DNA of 64,000 bases from assembly GCF_009914755.1 (NCBI RefSeq), contig NC_060929.1. One strand, given 5' to 3'. A program made the translations under genes and the position numbers. This document shows positions 1 to 12,081 of the stretch, in pieces. This DNA comes from the human T2T-CHM13v2.0 reference genome, Homo sapiens. The notes below the pieces were generated by a model. The model was not told the origin of the DNA. It ran no database searches and worked only from the letters and a program-made list of their open reading frames with translations. Each line of letters opens with the position of its first letter. Position 1 is the first letter of the stretch.

Positions 1-1254
1 CCCCCCTCTCATTGGTCCCCCCTCTTACCTGGCCTGGACTGTGCACCTGCCAAGTCTCCCTGGGACTGGCATTGTGCCCATGTCATGGTTCCTGCCTTTG
101 ACTTCCCTAAGCCTGTGCCACATCACCACACAGTCTGTTCCCATCCCCCTGGGGAGAGCTCTGCCACCTGGCTGGTCTCCCAACTCATTACCATTGGCTG
201 CAATTCCCGAGTTCTTTGCCTTTCATCAGCCCCTAGCTTCTCTGGACATGATCTTCTGACCAGCCAAGTCTCCTCCTCTTGCCTGCAGCTGTGTTCCCAC
301 CTTAATATCTGTCCTACTCTGGTAGACAAATACCTTCCCCAGGTTTCCAAACCCTTTGTCTGGCTTATAAAACACCACTTCTTTAGGAACAGTTCATGGA
401 TCTTCAGTTTTGAGCTCTGCCATCAATAGACTCAGAGACCCCCCTCTCTGTTTCTGTTCCATTCTCTGGTGACTTAGACTCCTCATCCTCTACCCAGTGT
501 TTTTTCTCTTCCAAGAGTCTTCATTACTCAGTGCATGCTCCCTTAGAACATCAGCTTCTATGTGGCCCATTTAGCCACTTTGTCTTCCCTCTGTCTCTCT
601 GTTTCCTTCCCCCGCTCTCTCTCTATCTCCCTATCGGTTATAGGTTTACCTTTCAGCTTCCCTTAATTATTGCCTGACTCTCTGATATTTTTGAGAAATT
701 TTATTTGCACAGCTTACACCTTTTATTTATTTATTTTGCATGAGGTTCAAAACATGCAAACAAAGGAAAAAACAGAGAGAATTCTCCTACGAATTGCTTG
801 TTCATGGGACGGGTGCCTCCTTCTACTCTAATCAGTCTGGCTACAGGTTGTCCATTTACAGAAAGTACTGTGGATGTGACACGGTTTCTAGGAAGGTCTT
901 GGGGTGAAACAGGCACCAGGACATGTCTAGCGTTTACCATTTACTATAAAGTAAATAAGGTTCAAATTGAAAAATAATTAAAAGGATCGAGCTATTCCAG
1001 GTGGATTAAAAAATGGCCTCAGATCTTTCCAGATTATCAGAGTTCACCAAGTCATCCAATCCTTGGGGAAATAAAATTAATGAAATCGGGTTCTGAAATT
1101 CTGAAGAAAAAGAGAAAACACACAAACTCAAAAAACAAAACAAAACAAAAAACTCTGAAGAGGCAGCTTTGTGTAGTAGAAGGAGGAGTGAATGAGACCC
1201 AGAAAACTTGGGTTGGAGTTGTCTGTGGCACATTGCATGAGTCATTTCTCTGGG

Positions 1255-1603
1255 GCCATAGTGGACACTGTGACCCTGCCCCGATCCCCATCACGGGCCC
1301 AGGGACCCATCTCCCAGCTGCTGTGGGCACTGAGATCTAACAGCTCACAGCTGTTCCTTTCTCTGGGAACCATCCACTTCTGATATCAGCTCCCCACTTT
1401 TTGGGGGAAAGCCTATAGCCAGAGCCCTTCAGGCCAAGACTGAACTTTGCTGAGGTCACATCCTTAACCAGCACTTGCTTCTTCCTTATACTACTTCTCT
1501 TACTCCCTCAGATGTGTTTCCTGAAGAGCACGCCCTCAGTAAATCATGGGCACCTGAATCCCTGTCTCAGGCTCTGCTTTCAGGGAATGTGTGACCTAAG
1601 ATA
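1255..1603 (+). mobile_element. LTR16-family (ERVL) solo LTR, LTR16C-like
   Basis: Starts 'gtggacactgtgaccctgccccgatcccc', contains 'ctcccagctgctg' and 'cagctcacagctg', and ends 'cctgtctcaggctctgctttcagggaatgtgtgacctaagata', the typical LTR16 3' end. Confidence 0.75.
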
Positions 1604-2357
1604 GCAACTCAGTTTACTTCTCTGTGCAGTGAAGTGGGAGGCTGGGTTGATTAGCTCTGAGGTCCCTTCCTACTCCGATATTCCTTGGTTCTTTTTTGTG
1701 CATTATCTCACTTCTATTTCCAAAATAGACCAAGCTTAGAAGAAAACTTGTGATAGTATTGGAATAGCTGCATTTCCATGTAGCTTACTACATAACTGAC
1801 ATAAGCTAAGGGTGTCTTAGCTAATCAGATCTCAACATTTTCTTCGGTTACCCCTGGCAATGGGATTTGGAAGTGTTGCAGGGGTGACCACTGTGGTGTG
1901 ATTTTTATCAATGTGCTTATATTATACACACACAAAGTTCCTGGCTTTCTGAACCATGCAGACATTTCAGAGTGCTGAGTTCCTGGAATGTGAACCTATT
2001 CAGTCACTTCTATCAGCCTGCCTTGGTACTTGTTGACACCTAGGCAGATATTTGGAAGTCTCACATGGTGTTCCTCACATAGAACAATTTGTAAGTCATT
2101 TACAGCAATAGGCAGACTGTGTTCCAAGTTATTTGTATCTAAAAAATGTTGGTTGCACATGATTGTATTATTTTCAGTCTCGGCTTGGGTCATGGAAAAA
2201 CTGAAGATGCATTAGATCATCAAAGAAAATGGCACAAACAACCCTGCAAAAGAAAGGATCTTCTTCCAGATTAAATCTCTTATAATATAACTCCTCTATT
2301 GGATGGTTAATTCTAACTATCCAATGTCTCCCTTTTTTTTTCTTTAATTTACCAGCC

Positions 2358-2596
<239 letters not shown>

Positions 2597-3730
2597 TCAG
2601 TGACTTTCATTTAGGAAACCATATTAAATGAACCTACTGAACATGCAGTTCTTGGTGTGGAACTCAAGATCTGACTGCTTTCTCTTCTACTGACTTCACC
2701 TTGTTAGCATAACAAGGCACTCAACACTCCTGTGGCTGAATGAGTTTTGCCATCAATGAGAGATAATAATTATTCCCAAAGGGTTATCTGAGTGTTGCTT
2801 AGGGAATACTTACAAAGTGCTTACCGCACCCCCAGTTGGGCTCCAAGTCAGCTCACAGTGTTCCTTCCAAACACGCAGAGCTAGCTGGGGATCATAGCAA
2901 CATTGAATTCAGAAGTAAGTGGCTTTCTGCTGTTTCTGTCCCCAGATCTGAACAGTCCCAAGCAGAGACCCCCTAGGGAGCTCCCTCTGCCCTGGGCTTT
3001 GCTTTGAGCTCTGAATGGGGTCTATGGTGGGAGAAGAAAAGAGGGAGAAGAATTGGCATCTACTTATGGGCTTTGTACTAAGGGCCCTGCCTTATGCCAA
3101 AGGGATCCATGGAGCAGACTCAGGGCTTCTTTTACTGTGTGCTGTGTGTCCTCTTCAGTTCATTTTCCTAAAATCCAGGGCCATCCAGCTTCCAGGGTTC
3201 AGGAGAGGAATGGTTCGATGGAGATAGGACTGGGAGACAGAAGACCAGGCTCTAAAGACCAGTATGAGCTTGGCCAAGTCAGTTAACCAGCCGGGACTTA
3301 GATTTCTTCACCTGAAACAGAAGGGGCTGAGGAGAAAATGCCTCTTTCAATCACAGAATTGTGCCATTTTAGGCATGGTAAAGTCCCAGAAATCATCAAG
3401 ACCAACCTCCTCACTGATGGATGAAGAAATGGGGTTGGAAGAGTCACTTCTGCACCTGCCAGGTCTGTGCTCAGAGTCACTCAGTGTGGGAACTGTCATC
3501 ACTGTGATTCCTGATTGTGCACCTGCCAGGTTTGGTGCTCACCCCAAGCTTTGATGATGTTGGTGACCCAGAGTCAATTTCAGGGTTTGGTTTGAAAGTA
3601 AACTTTGGGACTTTCTGGACAGTGCCTGGCACCTAATTTGCATGTACTCCTCTATCCAGTGTAGGTAGAGTGGGTATATAAGGAGAAATTTTAAAATTTT
3701 AGGTTATTGCCAATTTCCTTACATACCTGA

Positions 3731-4118
3731 AGTTGTAATTTGAATGTGTCTCCTCCAAAATTCAGGTATTGAAACTTAATGGCCAATGTGACAGAATTAA
3801 GAGATGAGGTCTTGAAGAAGTGATTAGGCCAGCAGGGCTCCTCCCACATAAATGGGATTAAAGCCCTTATAAAAGAGGCCTCATGCAGCAGTGTTTGGCT
3901 TTCTTGCCCTTCTGCCTTCCACATGGGAGGATGCAGCATTCTTCCCCTCAGGAGGACACAGCAACAAGGCACCATCTTAGAAGAGAGATAGGGCCCTCAC
4001 CAGCTGGCCCTTTGAACTGGGACTTCCCAGGCTCTAGAACCATGAGAAATAAGTTTGTTCTTTATAAGTTACCTAATTCCAGGTATTTTGTTAAACCAGC
4101 ACAAAACTGACTAAGACT
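3731..4118 (+). mobile_element. MST-family MaLR solo LTR (MSTC/MSTD-like)
   Basis: 'ttgaatgtgtctcctccaaaattc', 'gggattaaagcccttataaaagagg' and end 'gcacaaaactgactaagac'. Perfect 5-bp TSD cctga at 3726-3730 and 4119-4123. Confidence 0.9.
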
Positions 4119-4849
4119 CCTGAGGAGAAGGTGAAGGGTTCATTGGTACAATACTCAGTTGGGTGGTGGTCGGAGTGGGCACTGGTTGTGTGTCCTACTC
4201 AGAGCATAGCACAATGGAGGTTGAGAGAAGATGAGAAGCGTGATGCCTGGTTGGTGATAGAAGGGTATGAGTATTCCTCAGCATAATTCCTGGTGTTACT
4301 GATTAAAGGGCTGTGGATTACTTCCGTAAAAGAGCTCAGATCTTGGACAGGTTGACTAATTCAATAAGCAGGGACACTACTGTGAGTTGTTTTCCAGGGC
4401 TGAACTGAAAGGACACTTGATTGTCCTACAATGATGGAGCTATAGAGTATGGAGACCCAAGATTAACCTTTCCAAAGCACACGCTGGGAATTACTCTGGG
4501 TGTGGGTGTGGAGAAAGGAGAGAAAAACTGAGAAACTCAGAGACAGAGTTTGAAGAGGACTTTGTAAGTGAAGGTTTTTACCATCCCTTGGTAAGTGTGT
4601 CCCTTTAAGGAAGAAAGGGGCTGGCTCCCATTTGGATCTACACATCCCTGGGGAAGATATCAGAATTTTCCATTAATAAACTTAGGAGTTTTAAGATCCA
4701 TAAAGTCTATGTGGGGAATTGAGTTGGTAGTCAAACCCTTGAATTAAAGCTTGATTTCAGAGTCTCAGTAGGTGTGGGTGAGGTGAGGTGAGGATGGCAT
4801 GGGTGCCTCATCTAAACAAATGAATCATGGAAAATACCTTGAATCACCT

Positions 4850-5260
4850 AGCCCCACCTTCCTCCCACTGCAGGAATCCCTCACACAACAGCTCAAACAG
4901 ATAATCCTGTAGCTTCTGTTTCAGTTCGTGCATTGACAGGAAACTAACGAATCTCTTAACAGTGATAGGCTTCAACAACCCACTGTGGGCTGACGTTAAT
5001 TGTTAGAGGCTGCTTCCTTGCATGAAATTAAATATGCCTCCTCTTGGCCATAGTTCTCCTCTCTAGAGCTAAACAATTATATTGACTTTCAACATACTGT
5101 CATTCCAAAGAGAGCTATTCAGCCCCCACCTTACTCTTCCCCCATTGTTTTCTTTTTCAGGCTAAATCTCTTCAGTTCATCCCCTTGTTGATCATAGAAC
5201 ATACTTCTAGATTTCTCTGAGCTCCTTTGGATGTCTTCTGATTTGTCAACATGTGCTATG
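4850..5260 (-). mobile_element. L3/CR1 LINE fragment (ancient)
   Basis: Degenerate CR1 3'-region motifs 'caggaatccc', 'aattgttagaggctgcttcctt', 'ttttcaggctaaatctcttcagttc' and 'gatttgtcaacatg'. Confidence 0.6.
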
Positions 5261-5653
5261 GCCTGGCCTCTTTCTTCTCTCTGTAAGCCAAGAGGAACAT
5301 AGCACTGGGCTTTCCTGCATGTGGCAGTTAGGAGTTTTCTGAGCCTTCTTGAATGATTTTTTTGGCACAGTCTGGCCTGCTCTGTGCCTAGTGACCATTT
5401 GTGGCTGCCCAAAGGTTGGGGAACTTTGCCCAGGTGGGAACAGTCTGACCTGGAAAGCTTCTTTCCCCAAGAAGTATAGGGGAACTAGGTTGGAAAAGAC
5501 TTGCCTGTCCTCTTCAGGGATCTGTCTACTCCTTAGAATAGTCTGCACCTCTCATTTTCTCAAAGATCATGGCCCCGCTAAGGCCCAAGGCCACAGCATA
5601 GAATTAATTTTGGTCCTAAAGAAGAGTAGATAATGATCTGGCATTCCTGATCT

Positions 5654-5687
5654 CCATCCATCCATCCATCCATCCATCCATCCATCC
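5654..5687. repeat. (CCAT)n microsatellite, about 8 units
   Basis: ccatccatccatccatcc... read directly; lies next to a probable L2 tail. Confidence 0.95.
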
Positions 5688-5932
5688 TCACATCAATCAT
5701 TTATCAGCATGCACTGAGCAATGACTTTTTCGTAGGCAATGAACTAGGCAGGGAAATAGGACCTGTGAGTTGCAGTTTCCTGCTGAGGAATCTCTCTTCT
5801 CTTCCTGAGCCCCACCCCTCTGTAAGTAGTCAGAGACTCAAAGAAGACTTAAGAAGATCCAGGAAGATTAAGGCAGAGCCTCAAGAAGGTCACAATCTAA
5901 AGTAGTTTATAGTGAAACATTTCAATGAAGGG

Positions 5933-8204
5933 TGATATGGTTTGGCTGTGTCCTCACTGAAATCTCATCCTGAATTGTAGTTCCCATAATCCCCACATGT
6001 CATGGGAGGGACCCAGTGGGAGGTAATTGAATCATGGGGGCAGTTGCCCCCATGCTGCTGTTCTTGTGATAGTGAGTGGGTTCTCACAAGATCGATGGTT
6101 TTATAAGGGGCTGCCCCCTTCACTGGGCACTCATTCTCTCTCCTGCTCTCCTGTGAAGAAGTGCCTTCCACCATGATTATAAGTTTCCTGAGGCCTCTCC
6201 AGCCATGTGGAACTGTGAGTCAATTAAACCTGTTTTCTTTATAAATTACCCAGTCTCAGGTATTTCTTTATAGCAGCGTGAGAATGGACTAATACAGTAA
6301 ATTTGTACCGAGGAAGTAATGTGTTGCTATAAGGACACCCGAAAATGTGGAAATGACTTTGGAACTGGGTAACAGGCAGAGGTTGGACCAGCTTGGAGGG
6401 CTCAGAAGAAGACAGGAAGATGTGGGAAACTTTGGAACTGCCTAGAGACTTGTTGAATGGCTTTGACTAAAATGCTGATAGTGATAGACAATGAAGTCCA
6501 GGCTGAGGTGGTCTCAGATGGAGATGAGGAACTTGTTGGGAACTAGAGCAAAGGCGACTCTTGCTATGCCTTAGCAACAAGCCTGGTAGCATTTGGCCCC
6601 TGCCCTAGAGATTTGTGAAACTTTGAACTTGAGAGAGATGACATAGGGTAGCTGTTGGAAGACATTTCTAAGCAGCAAAGCATTCAAGAGGTGACAGAGC
6701 ATGAGATTTGGGAAAATTTGCTGCCTAATGATGCAATAGAAAAGAAAAACCCATTTTCTGGGGAGGAATTCAAGCCTGCTGCAGAAATTTGCATAAGTAA
6801 CAAGGAGGTGAATATTAATCAAGACAATGTGGAAAATATCTCCAGGAAATGTCAGAGACCTTCACTGCAGCCCCTCCCATCACAGGCCCAGAGGCCTAGG
6901 AGCTAAAAATGGTTTCCAGGCCCAGGCACCCACTGCTGTGTGCAGCCTAGGGACTTGGTGCTCTGTGTCCCAGCTGCTTCAGCTATGGCTAAAACAGGTC
7001 AAGGTACAGCTTGGGCCATGGCTTCAGATGGTTCAAGCCCCAAGCCGTGGCAGCTTCCACATGGTGTTGAGCCTGTGGGTACACAGAAGTCAACAACTGA
7101 GTTTTGGGAACCTCCACCTAGATTTCAGAGGATGTATGGAAATTCTTGGATATCCAGGCAGCAGTTTGCTGGAGGGGAAGAGCCCTCGTGGAGAACCTCG
7201 GCTATGGCAGTGTGGAAGGGAAATGTGGGGTCGAGTCCCCACACAGAGTCACCACTGGGCCACTGGCTAGTGGAGCTGTGAGAAGAGGGCCACCGTCCTC
7301 CAGACCCCAGTATGGTAGATCCACCAACTACTAGCACCATGCTCCTGGAAAAGCTGCAGACACTCAATGCCAGCCTGTGAAAGCAGCCAGGAGGGGCATG
7401 TACCCTGCAAAGCCAGGGGGATGGAGCTGCTCAAGGCCATGGGAGCCCACCACGTGGGAGCCCACCATATGAGAGCATCCACATGATCTGGATGTGAGAG
7501 ATGGAGTCAAAGGAGATTATTTCAGAGCTTTAATTACTGCCTCTTTGGATTTTGGACTTGCATGGGGACTGTAGCCCCTTCATTTTGGCTAATTACTCCC
7601 ATTTGGAATGGGTGTATTTATCCAATGCCTGTACCTCCATTGTATCTAGGAAGTAACTAACTTGCTTTTGATTTTACAGGCTCTTAGGTGGAAGGGGCTT
7701 GCCTTGTTTCAGATGAGACTTTGGACTTGGACTTTCAGTTTAATGTTAGAATGAGTGAAGATTTTGGGGGAATGCTGGAAGGGCATAATTATGTTTTGAA
7801 ATGTGAGGACATGAGATTTGGGAGGGGCTTGGGGTGGAATGGTATGGTTTGGCTGTGTCCCCACCCAAATGTCATGTTGAATTGTAGTTCCTATAATCCC
7901 CATGTGTCATGGGAGGGACCCAGTGGGAGGTGATTGAATCATGGGGTCAGTTACCCCTGTGCTGCTGTTCTTATCATAGTGAGTTAGTTCTCATGAGATC
8001 TGATGGTTTTATAAGGGGCTTCGCTCTTCACTGGGCACTTATTCTCTCTCCTGTCTTCTTGTGAAGAGACGCCTTCCACTATGATTATAAGTTTCCTGAG
8101 GCCTCTCCTGTCATGCAGAACTCTGAGTCAATTAAACCTGTTTTCTTTATAAATTACCCAGTCTCAGGTACTTCTTTATAGCAGAGTGAGAATCAACTGA
8201 TACA
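5933..8204 (+). mobile_element. Complete THE1C-type MaLR provirus (LTR 5933-6296, internal 6297-7839, LTR 7840-8204)
   Basis: Two ~364-bp direct-repeat LTRs ('tgatatggtttggctgtgtcc...gactaataca'). THE1 internal region starts 'gtaaatttgtacc', and a polypurine tract 'gggaggggcttggggtggaa' precedes the 3' LTR. Flanks aaggg/agggg. Confidence 0.96.
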
Positions 8205-9224
8205 AGGGGGCAAAAGGGAATATCCTCATTACAGGATTTATTAAAGGAGATGTAAGAATCTCAGGCAGTAGGATAGGAAAACTGGGGAGGTAGGAAGAAA
8301 TAGCAAGCTTAGTTCAAAAAGTGTATACTTGGATCACCATTATGCCTTTTGTTTAATTGAAGTTGATATACTTAATTTCCTGAAAATGTATACAACTCTA
8401 AAAGAGAGTAGAATGTGTTCATATTTATGACAAAGGGGCATGGATTTTTAAAAACGCCGAGAATCCCTGGCTTGAAGCTTATTGGGAAGGGTTGGGCCCT
8501 TCCCTCACTGCTTCTGTTCTCCCTTTCTCCTGAGATGGATGTAGCTATTTTTAATCTCACAGCTTATGGCTTACAGTTCACTGATTCTGAAGAATGGGGA
8601 ATCTTTTCTTGGCACACCCTATAGATCAACTTCTGGGACATTTTCTACTTCAGGTCTAGCTTCTCATGGAGCAGGGAAGCTGAGGAATAGAAGAGAGGTT
8701 AGTCAGCAGGAATTGATATTTTGTTGCTGTGTCCTCTACCCACTGTCTGGCTTCTCTGCAGGCCTTGCTGCTTTTGTGCCTGCAAACACCTAGGGTTCTT
8801 GGACCACCTCAAACTCTTTCCTTTAGTGAAACTGAGTCCAGGCCAAAGGCGGCAGATAGTCTACCCCCACTGCATACCACTGGGATGGTGCTGACATCCC
8901 TGAGGATGGTGCCCATGGATGCAGAACAGTCAGTAGTAATGAAACTCACAGTCAGCTAGGAACTTATTAATAGCAGGCAGGGAAATATGCCAGGGTTTGC
9001 AGCATCTCATTCAGCTGCCTCGCACCAGCTGCTGGAGCCAGAGGTAACATAGCCCTACCTCCACACTCCCATCCCTGCTCCCAGAATTTGCTCTATCTTC
9101 CAGGCAAAAGTTTCCCAGGTCAAATCGCCCAAAGATTTATCTCCTCTAGGTCCTGGGGGACTTTGTTCCTTTAGCTTTGTTTGCTTTAGTCAAGCACCTG
9201 TCAGTTCCAGGTGGGGTTTTCCTG

Positions 9225-9263
9225 TGTATATAGTAGGTGCTCAATAAATGTTCGTTGAATGAA
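9225..9263 (+). mobile_element. L2 3'-end fragment
   Basis: 'tagtaggtgctcaataaatgttcgttgaatgaa' is the L2 terminal motif. Confidence 0.7.
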
Positions 9264-9622
9264 AGGTATATTGGGCTGTTAAAGGAAAGGTGTATTGGGC
9301 TGATGGCAGGAATGGTTTTTGCCAGGTAGACTTCTTGAATGCTGGAAATGATTTTCATGGAGGGAAACATTCCTGTGTGTATTGAGAGTGATGAGCTGGT
9401 GTAGTTTTACTACTCAGTTCCCTGCAGAGAAGCTGGGCAGATCATGTGCATTAGAAAGTCTGGAGGTTGAGAAGGAGAGCCTAGCATGCTGAGTGTGTCC
9501 ACAAACAGAGATATTAGCGAGGCATCTGGGTCTGACCAGCTCAGGAACCTCGGAGAAGGAGGTGGGCTGCCTCAGGGGAGGTAGCTCACCAACAAAGCCC
9601 CATCAGTCTCAATAAGTGGGAG

Positions 9623-9784
9623 CAGGGCTGGCTCCATAATTTTCAGGGCCCAGTTAAAATGCAAATGCTGAATCCCTTGTGGAAAAATTACAGACTTTCA
9701 AGATGGTGATGGCAGATCATTAAACTAATCACAAACTCTTCTAAGTGCAAGGCTTAGTGCAACAAGTCGGGTTACATGGCCCTG
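9623..9784 (-). mobile_element. MER45A-like hAT-Tip100 MITE
   Basis: 'cagggctggctccataattttcagggcccag', 'tttcaagatggtgatggcagatcattaaac' and end 'catggccctg' match the reverse of MER45A. Confidence 0.7.
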
Positions 9785-10019
9785 GGTAGGAGTCATTGCC
9801 TGTGCATATTTCCACTTTAAAGGTAGACCAGTTGTAACGTTTTGGGAAAGTATTTTCAGTCAGCTCCTCTCTGATGCATTCCCTTTTTACTCTTTCCTTG
9901 ACCTATTAGCATTAAGCCTGCTTTGCTCTGGTTGCAAACTCACTGTTTGTTCGGCATTACCTCCTTGCTCTGCTATTAGCAGCTAGTAAGTCTGAGGTTC
10001 TCCATGGTGAATAATATTA

Positions 10020-10180
10020 TCTCTAATCCTTTCAGAAATGCTTAGTGGTATTTTTACCCCCATTTTACAAATAAGAAAACATATGGTCAGAGACACAAAG
10101 TAATTTGGCTAAGGCCACATAATTTGTAAATGACAGAACCATGATCAGGATGGCTTCAAAAACCCATACTCTTTCTATTC
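10020..10180 (-). mobile_element. MIR SINE
   Basis: Core 'ccccattttacaaataagaaaac...aagtaatttggctaaggccaca'. Confidence 0.75.
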
Positions 10181-10792
10181 CGTACCTTTTCTTTGAGGAT
10201 GCAATTGTGTCTTGTTAATTTCTGTGTCATCTGCAGGGCCTCACATGTAGCAGGCTCTCAATACTTTTTCTTATGGTAAGAGAACCAGTCGGACGTGAAA
10301 CTTGAAAGAGAGATTTAGGGATCTTGACTCCCAGGTAGCACTCTGTTCACCTGGCTGTGGTACCATCCTGTCTATTTCTGAGCATCCTAAAATAAAGATA
10401 ACTGCTGCATATTAGGGGTTTCCTGGATTATGGACCTCCATTGATGTTGAGGGTTCCCTTGCTTGGGCTCGATTTGCACATCTTCCTGCCTCTCATAGGC
10501 ACTGACCTAATTCCAGCCAACCGCATTGTCCTGGGTGGGTTCTCTGACTAAACCTATCTCCTCTCCTGCCCTGGGGAGCTGGGCTGATCATGCAGAAACT
10601 TAAGCAATTTGCTCTACCCTCTTTTCCCAAAGACTCAGCCACAGCAGGTCCCCATCAGCTAGTTCTTTGCTCCCTTTCCCCCAGGCTTCACCCTGACCCC
10701 CTCAGCTTTCCAAAAGCCCCTCCCAAACAGAAGGTAAGTGCAATTGCTATCATCTCTCCAGGAAAGAGAGGAAAGAGCAAGTGAACACATAA

Positions 10793-11108
<316 letters not shown>

Positions 11109-11351
11109 AGGAGACCATTTTTAAATGATGCTAATGAGTCTACTTCCCATTCTTGCAGGGTAGGAGGGACATGGAGGTGAGCAGTATTCCAGATAAAGTC
11201 ATTGTGTGTGGCTATGCCTCATTTTATGCCTAATCAGAGTCCATTCCAGGAGCCCGCAGGATGTTGGAAGAGCAGGTTTCACCAACATTGTAGATTCATG
11301 TAAAATAAAGCCTAATTGCCTTCCTGCTTTCTAAAGCAAGAAACACATGTA

Positions 11352-12081
11352 CAGGTGTTTCTTGGCTTATATGTGTTAGTCCTTTTTCACGCTGCTGATA
11401 AAGACATACCCAAAACTGGGCAATTTACAAAAGAAAGACATTTAATTGGACTTACAGTTCCATATGGCTGAGGAAGCCTCACAATCATGGCAGAAGGCAA
11501 GGAGGAACAAGTCACATCTTACATGGATGGCAGCAGGCAAAGAGAGAGAATGAGAGCCAAACAAAACAGATTTCCCCTTATCAAACCATCAGCTCTCGTG
11601 AGACTCATTCACTACCATGAGAACAGTATGGGGGAAACTGCTCCCATGATTCAACCATCTCCCACTGGGTCCCTCCCACAACACGTGGGAATTCAAGATG
11701 AGATTTGGGTGTACACAGCCAAACCATATCAGCTTATGAAGGGGTTACATCTGATAAACCCATCATGAGTTGAAAATATTGTAAGTCGAAGTGCAATCAA
11801 TACACCTAACCTACCAAATATCATAACTTAGCCTTGCCTACTTTATACATGCTGGGAACACTTACATTAGCCTACAGTTGGGCAAAATCATCTAACACAA
11901 AGCTAATTTTATAATAAAGTGTTGAATATCTCATGTAGTTTATTGAATATCTCCTGAAAGTGAAAAGCAGAATGGTTTTATAGGTACTCAAAGTACAGTT
12001 TCTACTGAACACATATTGCTTTTCCACCATTGTAAAGCTGAAAAATTGTACATCAAAGCAGCATAAGTCAGACACCTTCTG
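11352..12081 (+). mobile_element. MER47A (TcMar-Tigger MITE), interrupted by a THE1 LTR
   Basis: 'caggtgtttcttggctta' resumes after the LTR as 'tgaaggggttacatctgataaacccatc...cttacattagcctacagttgggcaaaatcatc...ccttctg'. TA target duplications at both ends. Confidence 0.85.
11372..11731 (-). mobile_element. THE1A/B solo LTR
   Basis: 'tgtgttagtcctttttcacgctgctgataaagacataccc...gccaaaccatatca'; gctta(t) repeated on both flanks. Confidence 0.93.

Noticed and set aside
1-640. Pyrimidine-rich segment that may be an ancient LTR, with overlapping 72-114 aa ORFs
   Set aside because: I could not match it to a family with confidence, and the ORFs have no recognisable domain.
6571-7933. Cluster of 60-147 aa ORFs
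   Set aside because: All lie in the THE1 internal region; they are remnants of the decayed MaLR ORF or chance frames, not a host gene.
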